This document shows positions 41,401 through 56,743 of a stretch of 64,000 bases of DNA, in pieces; the first letter of the stretch is position 1, and each line of letters begins with the position of its first letter. The DNA lies in contig OZ024762.1 in the NCBI GenBank assembly GCA_964016885.1, positions 26,164,001-26,228,000 of the forward strand, given 5' to 3'. The notes under the pieces are model-generated. The model was not told the DNA's origin, did not search any database, and saw only the letters and a list, made by a program, of their open reading frames with translations. The stretch is from Eledone cirrhosa. Lineage: Eukaryota. Position numbers and translations under genes: made by a program.

Positions 41401-41670
41401 CTCGGCTCCAGGGCTACCTCCCTATTCACCACCATAGGCGCTGAGCTGACCAGCCGCAGGTGTGAACCCCGCGAGTTGGATTGGCTTTTCCAACGCGTCT
41501 CCCTAGTCGTCCTCCGCGGGAACGCCTTCCCCATCCTGTCCACCGGGACTGGGAGGGGGGGGGGGGACTCATCGCGTAACATTCCATATTTAGGTATCCA
41601 GATTAATTTTGTTCTCGTTGTTGTTGATGTTGTTGTTCACGTTGTTGAAGTTGTTGATGTAACCTTATAA
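38470..41670 (+). mobile_element. CRE-like non-LTR retrotransposon (PHD-like finger, RT, restriction-like endonuclease), pseudogenised
   Basis: GC-rich island. CSTC..DCSGCGCFHHLTC; RPIAAGNVFRRLAAK; QLGVGV..SCEGAAHA; GVQQGDPLGSLLF; YLDD at ~40059; CRC..HPLSC..RHAALN; RPDG..VWD. Several stops and frameshifts. Confidence 0.85.
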
Positions 41671-41743
41671 TACAGTCAACACAATACATCATTTACTTAT
41701 AGATACACATTATTTGTTTTCCAGGCGTGAAGCACTTAACTTA

Positions 41744-41937
41744 GGGCGGTGGATTGGCAGTATTGGGAGAGGGTCAGACGCCATGCTTTGACGTATAGAG
41801 TTACGGCCCTTCCCATTCTGAGTTCAAATCCCGCCGAGGTTAACTTTGCTTTTCATCCTTACGGGGTCGATAAAATAAAGTACCAGTAATACACTGGGTA
41901 ATTGCTGGCCTTGTGCCTAACGTAGAAACAATTATTT
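41744..41937 (+). mobile_element. tRNA-derived SINE family 1, full length
   Basis: GGGCGGTGGATTGGCAGTATTGG (A box) ... GAGTTCAAATCCC (B box) ... GAAACAATTATT tail. Confidence 0.9.
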
Positions 41938-42282
41938 GTTTATGAATGGGATTCATGTGAAAATGGTGGAATAAAAACACGGGTAGAGTTTCCTTATTAA
42001 AATCTCCTAGCATATTAGGAATATGGGACAGGCTTATAATGTCACTAGAAATAGCAGCCAAAAGACATATTTAGGAAGGGTTTATTATTAATTAAGGGTT
42101 AATTAGTCTCTAATACTTAAAGACCTCAATGGGAGAAATCTTTCAGAGAAGCAATAGAGAGAGAGAGGATTTAGGATGTTACTAGTTAGACCAGTAAGAC
42201 CATCTTTAGTTAGTATACCAACACACACATATATGTATATATAACCCGCCCGTCCCCTCAATCTATTTTATTTCTCATTCTT

Positions 42283-42318
42283 TCTTCTGATGAAGGACTA
42301 GCGTCCGAAATGTTAAGA
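42283..42318 (+). ncRNA. Minimal type-I hammerhead (family G); degenerate copy at ~44272-44315 (minus)
   Basis: TCTT-CTGATGA-A-GGAC(TAGC)GTCC-GAAA-TG-TT-AAGA. Confidence 0.75.
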
Positions 42319-42385
42319 CCCTCTTCCTGCTATATCAAGCGTTAACCATACTGTATCGATTGTGTTGTTATTTCTGTTTACTTTT

Positions 42386-42450
<65 letters not shown>

Positions 42451-42455
<5 letters not shown>

Positions 42456-42890
42456 TAAACGGAATAGAAAATGCTGACAAATTGTTCACCGTTGAAAAAT
42501 GGTTTAATTAGGAATAAAAGAATATTAGTGATTGTATGGGTTAGTATTCAGTTGTGGTTTTAAGTTTTTAAGTTTTTACCGGTTGCGCATTTCTAAATGC
42601 TTTTCAAAAATAATTTTGAGATAGCGTGTCCGTGCTGTTTGCTCTGATCTGATTAGTTTTGGGAATTCTACCTGTTTTTATGTTAAAAAAGTGGCTCCGA
42701 TTTGCAAAAATTCTTGTGGTCAAAACAATTTTGATTGGTCGGTAGACAACACTTCTCCCTAAGACGAACCCACAACATACACACGTCAACATACATACCT
42801 ACATCAGCACACATCTCTACCCACATATAAACACAATGACATACGTAAACACACATGCTCTATGGTGCAACACAAAAAAATATATGTGCA

Positions 42891-42959
<69 letters not shown>

Positions 42960-43137
42960 TTAATATAGATGAGATTCTACAGGACTAGAACTGTTTCATT
43001 CATTAGAAATCATCTGATTTCTAATGAATGAAACAGTTCTAGTCCTGTAGAATCTCATCTATATTAAAACTGTTATACTCTGCTATGTATTGAGTACCTT
43101 ACTTACTGTGGTTACCTCCGATTCAACCCGGAATAAC

Positions 43138-43177
<40 letters not shown>

Positions 43178-43324
43178 AGTGAATATATGTATGTGTATAT
43201 ATATATAGTGAATATCATTTCACACCTTTTATTGTTAAGATTTTTGATGTTCTATTAAGAGAACCGATTTTACTGAAAAAATCGAATAATGTACACCATT
43301 TTACCAGGGGGAAAAAATACTGGT

Positions 43325-43385
<61 letters not shown>

Positions 43386-43662
43386 CACACACACATACAC
43401 ACGCGTACATCAACATACAAAGAGACTTATATATACAGACACACACGCACTTCTCCGTATAAGACAAAAGCTGAAAAATATCTTTTGACATGCTAAAATA
43501 CCCCCCCATTGCTTTCAGACACATTCTGACTGACCATCCCTGCCACCATGAATTACTCTGCTATACACACACACACACACACACACACTTATCTTAATAG
43601 CCATTTGACACACAACGCTGCTAACCATTATCACAACATCGAACACCTTACTACTACTACTA

Positions 43663-43722
<60 letters not shown>

Positions 43723-44112
43723 TTGTTGTGAAAGAGTCATTTCTCAATCTTGGCGCAAAACCAATTTTTTATTCACATGACCTCTACCGACCAATCAAAA
43801 TTGTTTTGACCACAAGAATTTTTGCAAATTGGAGCCACTTTTTTAACATAAAAACAGGTAGAATTCCCAAAACTAATTAGATCAGAGCAAACAGCACGGA
43901 CACTCTATCTCAAAATTATTTTTGAAAAGCATTTAGAAATGCGCAACCGGTAAAAACTTAAAAACTTAAAACCACAGCTGAATACTAACCCATACAATCA
44001 CTAATACTCTTTTATTCCTAATTAAACCATTTTTCAACTGTGAACAATTTGTCAGCATTTTCTATTCCGTTTACCAATATATAATAACTTGTGTGTTACA
44101 CCTCTATTCTTT

Positions 44113-44118
<6 letters not shown>
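42451..44118. repeat. ~295-bp inverted arms (42451-42745, 43783-44080) flanked by (AT)n; same family as the palindrome at 57682-57907
   Basis: YRPIKIVLTTRIFAN translates on both strands. The arms are reverse complements with scattered substitutions. Confidence 0.85.
42956..43071. repeat. ~115-bp palindrome with a 2-nt spacer; the right arm continues into a repeat also seen at 26762-26892
   Basis: Centre GAAATCA-TC-TGATTTC. Shared GAAACAGTT..TCCTGTAGAA..TATTGAGTACCT. Confidence 0.85.
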
Positions 44119-44199
<81 letters not shown>

Positions 44200-44341
44200 A
44201 AAATGAACAAAAACACAGGAGGCAATTGTACACTGTTATATTAGGTTCACACTTGTTAGAAGAGGAGGAGATTTTAACGTGTTGGACAAATGTCCTTCAT
44301 CAGGAAAGTTCGGATAGTGGGAGAACAAGAACTCCGAGAGG

Positions 44342-45197
44342 GAATAAGGAGGGAAGTTACGAAGTACAAATAGAAAATAAATATAATAATTGTTTCTACT
44401 TTTGGCACAAGGCCAGCCATTACCCAGTGTATTACTGGTACTTTATTTTATCGACCCCGTAAGGATGAAAGGCAAAGTTAACCTCGGCGGGATTTGAACT
44501 CAGATTGGCAAGGGCCGTAACTCAATGCGTCAAATCATGGCGTCCGACCCTCTACCGATACTGCCTACCCACCGCCCGAAAATAAATATATATATTATAT
44601 ATGTAAATGTGTATATGTAAATGTTTATATTTGATAATCTCTCTCCCATAAGGTTGAGATGCAGTTTGGGCAATATTGGGCTGCGCTTTCTACCAACCAG
44701 CCCACTCGCCGTAAGCAACCAATCACATTCTTTCTGACTTGACCACTGTCACGTCACAGTTCTTAGCCATTTTCAATTTGTTTCTGGCGGGGATCACTTA
44801 AGAAAATTCTTTGTCCAAGTGAGTTTGTTTGATAAGTTTGAAGCTCGAGAATTTATCCTTGATAGGATATTTCCGAAAGCGAGCAAAACCCTAAGAGTAG
44901 AAACGCAATCCTGGTATGTGTATATGCATTTTTTCTTCTAACTTTAATTTTATACCAAATCGTGTATGGTTGACGGTATATTTAATCGATTTCCACGTGC
45001 TATTGAAATGTTGGGTAAATATTCTATAGCGGTTGATCGCGAATAAATTGGTGTCGTTTATTTATCTACTATTTCTTCATTGGTGCCTTTTAATCTTATA
45101 GCCTGGTTTAATTGGTTTTTTGTGTGGTTGATTATGCTAATTGGGAGAGGAAATGGTGTATATATAATATGAAATGATTCTATGGACATACTTTATA

Positions 45198-45254
<57 letters not shown>

Positions 45255-45518
45255 CTTTTCTTTTTATTATTATATTTATTTTCGGGCGGTGGGTAGGCAG
45301 TATCGGTAGAGGGTCGGACGCCATGATTCGACGCATTGAGTTATGGCCCTTGCCAAGCTGAGTTCAAATCCCGCCGAGGATAACTTTGCCTTTCATCCTT
45401 ACGGGGTCGATAAAATAAAGTACCAGTAATACACTGGGTAATGGCTGGCCTTGTGCCAAAAGTAGAAACAATTATTATATTTATTTTCTATTTGTACTTC
45501 GAAACTTCCCTCCTTATT
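44342..45518. mobile_element. Inverted pair of SINE family 1 copies (44384-44580 minus, 45284-45478 plus) sharing TSD and flank
   Basis: Both copies carry ATATTTATTTTC on each side and the flank TATTTGTACTTCG.AACTTCCCTCCTTATT. Confidence 0.88.
44700..44919 (+). promoter_or_regulatory. Candidate promoter and non-coding first exon
   Basis: CCAATCA, CACGTCAC (CRE-like), GCCATTTT (YY1-like), then a CTG|GTATGT donor at 44913/44914. Motif evidence only. Confidence 0.35.
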
Positions 45519-45761
45519 GGGACAGGCTTATAATGTCACTAGAAATAACAGCCAAAAGACACATTTAGGAACAGTTTATTATTAACTAAGGGTTAATTAG
45601 TCTCTAATACTTAAAGACCTCAATGGGATAAATCTTTCAGAGATTTTCGGTGTGCCCGGCCGACTGAACTCACTCGATATGCAAATTAGGCTACTCAACC
45701 GTTAATATGCATAAGGAAAGTATATACTTTCGGACGTTCAACCATCTGGCAGGAAGGTATA

Positions 45762-45802
45762 CGATGCTGACGATAGCTAATAAGCTTGAAACTAGTACAT
45801 CG
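45762..45802 (+). ncRNA. Minimal type-I hammerhead (family I)
   Basis: CGATG-CTGACGA-T-AGCT(AATA)AGCT-T-GAAA-CTAG-TA-CATCG: perfect 5-bp stem I, palindromic ACTAGT stem III, GUA triplet. Confidence 0.85.
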
Positions 45803-46076
45803 TTCCTGTATCAGTGTTGAACAAAAAGGTGACGTGGTTCCTTAAACACTGTACGGCGTAATTCGGGCTGTTTGTTTGTTTACAAACAAACAAACCGAGC
45901 ATTATAATAAATGTTCGGTAAACCGAGACCTGCATATATGTCTGCATGTATGTATATATATACATACTACTGTACGTCTGTATACATATATGTATGTACG
46001 TATACATACATACATACTTACATTTAAGTTACTGCCGTACTAAGAGTGAGAAATGAAATTTCGTTTTATTCTATTC

Positions 46077-46120
<44 letters not shown>

Positions 46121-46147
46121 AAAAAATGGGTAGCTGCGTTGTTGTGA

Positions 46148-46187
<40 letters not shown>

Positions 46188-46190
<3 letters not shown>

Positions 46191-46376
46191 GTCTCTTGCT
46201 CTGGAACCCTGACTCCAGCCTGACTAGGAGTAGGAAGCTGTCATTCCCTGACGTTATCACTAGGGATACGGGAATCAGCAGACAGGACCTGGGGGCGGCG
46301 ATGGGGGACAGGGAATTCTGGGGCATGAGAGTGAGATCCATCATCTCGACAGTAGTCGACGAGTGATGATGATGAT
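46188..46376 (+). mobile_element. Short 3' end of an RTE-X-like LINE with a (TGA)n tail, inside (TA)n
   Basis: LLLWNP...[28 protein letters not shown]...* followed by TGATGATGATGA. Similar to 27330-27800. Confidence 0.7.
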
Positions 46377-46449
46377 ATATATATATATATATATAGGTGC
46401 CCAGCATGGCCACAGCCGGATGGCTGGAACAGAAAAGAGAGTATATATA

Positions 46450-46597
<148 letters not shown>

Positions 46598-47242
46598 TTA
46601 TACGTAGATACATATTATATCTATATAAGTGTGCGTGCGTGGGAGTACGATCGAGATAAATAAAATAGAGACACGGGGTACGAGAGAGAAAGAGAGTGAG
46701 AGGGGGGGGGGAGAAAGAGAGAAAATGAGATAGAATTAATAGAATAGATAGATGGTCACCAGGAGAATAAAAAGGGAAGAAGAAAGAAATGATTTAAATC
46801 TTTATTGTTTCCATTGAGTCAACAGCGAGTGTCTGCTGTATAGAGGTAAAGAAAATGGTGGATTTCTGAGAACTGAGTGCAGAGTTAGTTTATACTTTGT
46901 AAGCTACAGTCGGTCAGAACCTCAGAGAAACAAACGTGACGCTGTCTGTTTGTATAACCCTTTCATTACTTTAGTTGATTAGTTATATGTATGTGTATAT
47001 ATGTATGTGTATTTGTATATATGTGTGTGTGTGTGTGCTTGTGTGTGTGTCTTTCTGTCTGTCTGTCAATATATATGTATAATATATATATAAATATACA
47101 CATACATGCATATATATATATATAGATATCATGTATGCATTCATATATCTATATATATCTATATATATATACAGATGTATACACGCGCACACACATACAC
47201 AAACACACACACACACACATATATATATATACGTATATACAA

Positions 47243-47282
<40 letters not shown>

Positions 47283-47656
47283 TTGTGTTTCTGTGTGTGT
47301 ATGTATGTATGTTTGAATATATGTACCAAGGCTGGCTTGTAGCCAACGTGTACTATCTATGGCGGGGGAAGGTTTCTACGCAGTTGTAAGACTTGATCAA
47401 TGAAAGTAGCTCGAATATTCAGCCAGAATTTCATCTCTACAATATATGAAACATGGCGGCGAACATTTAAATCAATGACGGGCTGACACGTCCAGTATTC
47501 ACGTGACAGGTCAATGGAGAAATGTGCTAGAAATAGAAACGATATTCCCGTTCAAATGTGAGGACAGGGTTTATGTATATATAAATATATATATATATAT
47601 AGTCCAGAATTAGCCGTCGAAACGGCTTGAGCTCAGCCGTCGGGGTCCTACTCGTT

Positions 47657-47697
<41 letters not shown>

Positions 47698-47742
47698 GTA
47701 TGTGTGTGTGTGTCCGTGTGTGTATACATATAAATATGTATG

Positions 47743-47784
<42 letters not shown>

Positions 47785-47944
47785 AATATATAGATATGTG
47801 TATATATATATATATATTTATATATAAATGAAAATAGAGAAATTAATGTAAGCAAAATGGCAATAATAATTCACACATATAAGTGACTATACCATCAAGA
47901 TGAAAAAAACCATATAAAATCTATCTATATATCCCCCCCCCCTC

Positions 47945-48025
<81 letters not shown>

Positions 48026-48026
48026 C

Positions 48027-48058
<32 letters not shown>

Positions 48059-48117
48059 TATATATATATATGTAAATATATATATATATACATATACATA
48101 TAAATATATATACATAC

Positions 48118-48797
<680 letters not shown>

Positions 48798-48823
48798 TAT
48801 ATATATATACGTATGTTTACGTA

Positions 48824-48960
<137 letters not shown>

Positions 48961-49242
48961 AGAGAGCTTCAGTGGCGATGAAGTGACAGAATGGAGGAAT
49001 GGAAGAATATAAAAGTGCACAAAGAATAGGTGAACTGAGGAAGAAGATTATAGGACTGGTGAGTCATAAGGAGTAGGGTAGAAGGAGAAGGGGAGGGGTA
49101 GAATGAGCTAGATAGACAGATTGATAGAGAGAGAGAGAGAGAGAGAATGAGATAGATTGACAGATAGATAGATATATATATAGAGAGAGAGATCTATCTA
49201 TATATATATAGAGAGAGATCGATCTATAAATATATATATAGA

Positions 49243-49329
<87 letters not shown>

Positions 49330-49331
49330 TG

Positions 49332-49376
<45 letters not shown>

Positions 49377-49431
49377 TAGAGATAGAGAAAGATCTACCTC
49401 TATATATTTGCTTCGGCTCGCGTGACACGCG

Positions 49432-50867
49432 TTAATCTTGGTCCTTTAAAGAGCGAATCGTGGACTTGTTGCCACTTTTCGCCTCCGTCACTCGGGCCCA
49501 TCTAACCGCATTGGCTCCCTCGTTTCCCACAGCACGTATTTTGCTCCTGACAACGCAGCCTTCATGCTTTACATCGAAGAACTGGTCCAAGGCCGTTCTC
49601 GTCGCTATCACGCTGGCTACGTTGCCATTCCTAAGTGCGTCTTCTACTTTATCTACCAGTTCCTTTTCGGTCTTATTTCTATCTAGAACTAATTCTTTAC
49701 TAAAACCTATCGAGTCTAATCTAACTGCCCTCTTGAGAGAGTACCACCATCTGTTGTTGACAATGGCCCCCGTCAAGTGCTGCTTAACTAAAGTGCTAAT
49801 CCGTCTACTGCAGGCTTTGCGTGTCGGTAACGACAAGTTCAGCTTCCAGTAGCTAGGTCCCTGTCTATGGGTTTTGTCAAGGTTGACTAAGCAGGTCACT
49901 AGTTTGTGATCTGAATAGGCAACCATGAACATTTGTGGACAGCTTAATATGTCCCTATCCTTCATTCTAACTAGAACCCTATCTAGGTACGATCTAGATG
50001 TTCCGCTGCGATTAGTCCACGTCCACAGTGGCACAGTATGAAAATCTAATCGATATCTATCGGCCAGGTCAAATCGGTCGATTAACTGTTTGAGGCTGTT
50101 ACACCCACCTCTATCGGGACATGCTCCCACATAATCCCAACGTGCATCTAGTATTCTATTCCAGTCCCCCACTAACAGCAGGGAGCGGGACGTTCCCAGA
50201 AAAGTCTCTAGACGTTTGAAGAAGTCTGGCCGCGGTGTCCCGGATGGGGCATATGCGGCCACCAGCCTGAAGGCTCCACCTTCACTACCGTCAACGTCTA
50301 GGACCACCAGTCGACCCTCCGGGTCCAGATGTACCATCAGTGATACGAGGTCCAGGTGTTTCCACAGCAAAACGGCAACCCCACCCCCACCTCCCTGCTG
50401 ACAGAGACATGCGTAGATCTCAAAGTCGTCGAAGCGGGGGACCAGTTGTCGCTCGCTGTGGATACTGGACTCGCAAATGGCTACTACATCCATACTGTGC
50501 AACCTGAGGTCCTTTAAGAGTTTACCCTGTTTCCAAAGGCCGCGTACATTCACACATCCACCTCTTATATTGGCCATGTTGGTGCTGAAAAGTTAAACGA
50601 AGAGGAAAAGAAATCACTCACCTCTTCGTCTCCTGGGGATCAGGCTGCACAATTTCCATGGGGGTGTCTGGTGGGATAGGGGTGGGGATGGGGAAACATT
50701 TTAACAGGACTCGATTGTAGGGTTTGACGCAGGGGTTACCTACGTCGTTAGGACATTTTTCTTTTAACGGTTTATGTGTGTCCATGGAGGTCCTAATCAT
50801 TTTAAGGTTAGGATCCTCCGAAGAGTGTGTACAAGTTTTCCCTTCGGTTTCCACCGAAGAGGTTTTA
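49432..50867 (-). mobile_element. Internal fragment of a Tx1/L1-like LINE: ORF1 end (50618-50867) plus ORF2 AP endonuclease (49432-50577)
   Basis: NVRGL, DVVAICES, GVAVL, AYAPS, VGDWN, WTW..SYLDRV, SDHKLV, GPSYWKLN. The RT is absent. Confidence 0.9.
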
Positions 50868-50877
50868 GATAGATAGC

Positions 50878-50955
<78 letters not shown>

Positions 50956-51120
50956 TAGAGAGATAGATAGAGAGATAGATATAGAGAGAGAGGCAGAGGA
51001 GAAGTATTGAACGTATGGGAGAGAGTAATAGAAAGAAAGACGGAGTGAATGAAAACGAATGAAGTGTGTGTGTGCATGACTGTATAAACGCACACACTCA
51101 CACACACATACAGACACTCT

Positions 51121-51151
<31 letters not shown>

Positions 51152-51183
51152 TTATATATATATATACACATATATATATATAC

Positions 51184-51270
<87 letters not shown>

Positions 51271-51744
51271 TATACATATATGTATGTGTGTGTATACATG
51301 AGTGTATATGTACATGTATACGGTTGGCTATGAGTCTCTGTATGTGCTTTTTTTTATTGTATTATAGTGGATATGTATATGTGTGTGTATTGTTGTGCGT
51401 ATATATATATGTGTGTATGGGAGTGAGTGTGTATATATTTGTGTGTATATGTATTTGTATGTATATGTGTGAATTCGAGTGCATATATATATATGTGTGT
51501 ATTAGAATGCCTATATATATTTGTGTGTGGGAGTGACTGTGTATATATATGCGTTTATGTGTATGGTTCTGTATATGAATCTGCTGTGTGTGTGCTTTTG
51601 CTTGTGTACATATATGTACAAGTGTATAATGTAGTGTTTCTGTATATGTGTATAATATATATATATAATAGTGTATACTGTATAGTGTACCTCTATATGT
51701 GTATAATGTATATATAATAGTGTATGTGGGTGGAAGTGTATATA

Positions 51745-51968
51745 TATATGTGTGTGTGTGTATCTGTCTAATTCTATGTGTATATATATATATGTGTGTG
51801 TATCTGTCTAATTCTATGTATATATATATATATGTGTGTGTATCTGTCTAATTCTATGTGTATATATATATATGTGTGTGTATCTGTCTAATTCTATGTA
51901 TATATATATATATGTGTGTGTATCTGTCTAATTCTATGTGTATATATACATGTGTGTGTGTATCTGTC
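51745..51968. repeat. 40-bp minisatellite, about 5.5 copies
   Basis: Unit TGTGTGTGTATCTGTCTAATTCTATGT(G/A)TATATATATATA. Confidence 0.85.
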
Positions 51969-51970
51969 TT

Positions 51971-52023
<53 letters not shown>

Positions 52024-52486
52024 GTGTATCTGTGCATGTGTGTGAATGTGTATATATTTACCCGTATGTATATGTAGTTGTGTATGATTTTGTATGTGTG
52101 CTTTTCTTTGTATACACATATGTACATGTGTATAATGTACAGTGTAATTGTATGTGTATATAATATATATATATATATATAATAGTGTATATATGTATAA
52201 TTTATAGTTTTGCGGGTGTAAGTGTATATATGTATCTGCATAGTTGGTTATGTGTCTATGTGTGCGCTCTTTTGCTTGTGTACATATATGTATAAGTATA
52301 TATGTGTATATGTATATAATAGTATATGTATATAATGTATAGTGTAATCGTATATGTGTAAATATATATGTATGTAATAGTGTATGATGTAGAGTGTATA
52401 TGTATATATACGTGTAAAATGTATATGTATATAATATATAGTGTAATAGTATATACGTAAATATATGTAATAGTGTATGATGTACA

Positions 52487-52539
<53 letters not shown>

Positions 52540-52984
52540 TTTATATATGTGTGTGTGTGCATAAAATATATATGTATATATTAGTATATGTATATAATGT
52601 ATAGTGTAATAGTATATATGTACTTGTGCGCAGATGTGAGCTTGAAAGGAAAAGCTAAAGGGATATTTGGTGTGTGTTTACACTGACCTTATTGGGTCTA
52701 TTATTGATTTATCGAACAATTTCACTGGTAGAAATACCTAAACGGCTGACATATTGAATTTAGCTCCTTGCACGGTACCGTTTATCAAATGGTATCTTAC
52801 ACACTCTACTAAACGTTACTTTCACTTTCGACAAATGTCCCTAGGTAACAGCGTTCCTTCCATCCCATGAAACACACTACAACAACAATAAGAAATGGGA
52901 GAGAAGAGAGAGGAGAAAGGAACTACGTCGTTGACGACGATGAAGTGTGAGGGTTCCGATTGTTTGTATGTATATATATATATG

Positions 52985-53122
<138 letters not shown>

Positions 53123-53319
53123 TAACTGTTGTGTTTACTTTGGATCTAATGTTCTTGTAACTTTCGCTCCATTGAGTGCTTAGTGGTTGCCTTAAACAAA
53201 TCGAATAGTACTTGCTGTGTGAGAGCTTCAACTATATATATTCCAATATATTTATTAAAACTCTACTTCGGTATTGAGAACATTATTGCAGGCATCAACC
53301 ACATGGGTATATATATATA

Positions 53320-53364
<45 letters not shown>

Positions 53365-53455
53365 AGACTTGCTGAATACAAAAACCGAAACCGTTTGGCG
53401 CCGGAGTCGGGATTTACATATTTCTCGTTCTTTTTGTACATTTATATATATATTT

Positions 53456-53507
<52 letters not shown>

Positions 53508-53523
53508 ATATATATATGTATAT

Positions 53524-53627
<104 letters not shown>

Positions 53628-53659
53628 GTGTATATATATGTATATATAAACATATATAT

Positions 53660-53726
<67 letters not shown>

Positions 53727-53983
53727 ACCATATTTACCGAGTGAGAGGCTCAGAGAGACGGAGAGAGTGACAGTTGATGGAATAGGAAGATGGAAGATTA
53801 GAAAGAAAGCCTAATAATAAGTGGATGTATGGATGAGAGGAAGATATCGGTACCGTATCACACGTGCTGCCATAGCATGCGATAAATCGAGTCAGTTATT
53901 TGACCTCTTCACTTCATGAGATTTATTCACATGCAAAAAGCTGGCTCTAGCAGCCTTTATCGACATGGCAGAGCAATGCATGG

Positions 53984-54147
<164 letters not shown>

Positions 54148-54411
54148 ACAGATGTGTGTGTATATATATATGTGTAATTATATATATATATACATACACA
54201 TGCATACAAATATGTACACACAAATATACACGTACTCCCTCAAATATATATATATATACACATTGATACAAATATATACACACATAAATATACACATAGA
54301 CTCACATATATATATATATATGCGTGTGTGTGTATAAATATATATATATACACACTCAGACATACACATACATAAAATTATCTACACGCATAAATATATA
54401 CATTCACTCAC

Positions 54412-54466
<55 letters not shown>

Positions 54467-54891
54467 ATATGTATGATACATACACACTATTTATATAAAT
54501 ATGCATATGTATGTAAACATACATAGATACATGCAGACATATATACATACATATATACACACATATATGCATGCATACATTCATTCGTACATACATACAC
54601 ATGCATACATACACACAAATACACACACATGCACACACATACACACATACACACGGAGGAGATACATACACACTTATAAATCTCAGCTTATGAACCATCA
54701 TTAAGATGGTAAGTCATGTGATTGAAGTAGTGTGTGTGTGTGTGTGTGTGTGTGTCAGTAAGACATGATATATTGCAAATGGATTCCTTTGAAAAGATTT
54801 CAGAGAAGGATTGATTGGATTGTCGGCACGGAATGGAAACTATATCCACCTGAAGGTTACTGAATGAACTATATAAATATGTATGTTTGCT

Positions 54892-54956
<65 letters not shown>

Positions 54957-55227
54957 GATAAAAAAGTTTCGTTTATATATGTAAAATATTAATTGGGTAT
55001 CGACCGGTGTTTCGCAGAAGATAGGCTGAAGGTGACCCGTAGAAGTTATGAACCCGACTCCAGTATTATCTGCTCCTCAGACTGGTGATGCGACAAAAGA
55101 TATATTTTTGCTTGTGCATAATGTGCTTGATTTGGTAGCATAACCAATACTTCACCGTACTACCTACACTATAGTTTGGTAGCTTGGTGCCGGGTCGGAA
55201 TTTGATCTCTCTCTCTCTCTCTCTCTC

Positions 55228-55294
<67 letters not shown>

Positions 55295-55458
55295 GATAAC
55301 AAGTTATCGTTTTAGGTAGTCCAGTTAGAGGTTGTGAGTACTTTGTACTATGGATAGTTTTAACGTACGGCCTTGTTTGACTAAAAAAGAGGTTTATTTA
55401 GTTAGGCAGCGAGTTTTAGCGAGAATTCCCATGAAGGTCAATCTTGGAGTAATAACAG

Positions 55459-55745
55459 TGAAAGAGTGGAGAATAATATGGTCGGCTGTACAAAAAGGGT
55501 TTTATTTACAGTATTAACAATCTTTTCATTGATCAGGTGAGTCTAAAGGCCGCTAATCACTCGAAATTGCGTCAATTGATTTGATTGCGTCCGATGATTT
55601 GATCAAAGACACACACTGTATTTAAGGTCGAGTGACGCAATGTCGAGTGATCAGCGGCCTTTAGACTCACCTGATTAATGAAACAATTGTTAATACTGTA
55701 AATAAAACCCTTTTTGTACAGCCGACCATGTTATTCTTCACTCTT

Positions 55746-55750
<5 letters not shown>
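55459..55750. repeat. ~105-bp inverted repeat (55459-55564, 55642-55746) ending in (AT)n
   Basis: ATGGTCGGCTGTACAAAAAGGGTTTTATTTACAG versus its reverse complement. Confidence 0.8.
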
Positions 55751-55812
<62 letters not shown>

Positions 55813-56090
55813 TATATATGTGAAGTAATTCCGTCAGAAAGGTCCAGGAAAAGAGAGTGCACAATGTAGGTTATAGAGCTTATTAGTTATGTAATAAACA
55901 ACATAAGATAATTATTTCATTTACCAGTGGTTTCTTGAAAGCAATCAAAATTTGCTTTCAGTGATCAGAATTAAAAAATCATGGTGTATTTATTGACAGT
56001 GGATTTTAAAAACAAAAATATAATCTATATGGAAGTGAGGCTGGAAAGGAAAAATTAAATATAAAAGTAGATAAACATGCATGCACACAT

Positions 56091-56147
<57 letters not shown>

Positions 56148-56152
56148 AACAC

Positions 56153-56184
<32 letters not shown>

Positions 56185-56327
56185 AAATACACACACATAT
56201 ACACATACACATATATATATATATATATTATATATATATACATATATAAACAAATATATATATATTTGTTTATATATATATGTATATATATATATATATA
56301 TATAATATATATATATATATGTATGGA

Positions 56328-56543
56328 TGGAACGATCGACTTTCGTCAAATCGGACCGAGGAAACAGGGTTTCCATTGGTCTTCCCAATTGCTAATACTA
56401 TCTATCGGTGGCAACTCCAGGTAGAAGGAGCAACGTGAAATAAAGTGTCTTTCTCAAGGACATAACGCATCGCCCGGTCCAGGAATCGAACTCACAACCT
56501 CACGATGGCGAATCCAGTTCTCTAACCACTCAGCCACACGCCT
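56328..56543 (-). mobile_element. tRNA-derived SINE family 2; second copy at 63320-63523 (plus)
   Basis: Minus strand GTGGCTGAGTGGTTAGAG (A box), GAGTTCGATTCC (B box), TGTCCTTGAGAAAGACACTTTATTTCAC. Confidence 0.85.
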
Positions 56544-56743
56544 TCACTACCACTCAGCCACACGCATATATATATGTATGTGTGTATGTATATGTGTGTG
56601 TGCGTGGGTTTGTGTGTGTGCATGCGTGTTTATCTACTTTTATATTTATTCTTTTTCCTTTCCTTCTTCCTTTTCCAGCCTCACTTTCATATAGATTATA
56701 TTTTTCTTTTTAAAATCCCCTGTCAATAAATACACCAGGATTT

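Noticed and set aside
56480-56543. tRNA gene
   Set aside because: The A/B boxes belong to a SINE head continuing into a repeat body also present at 63320.
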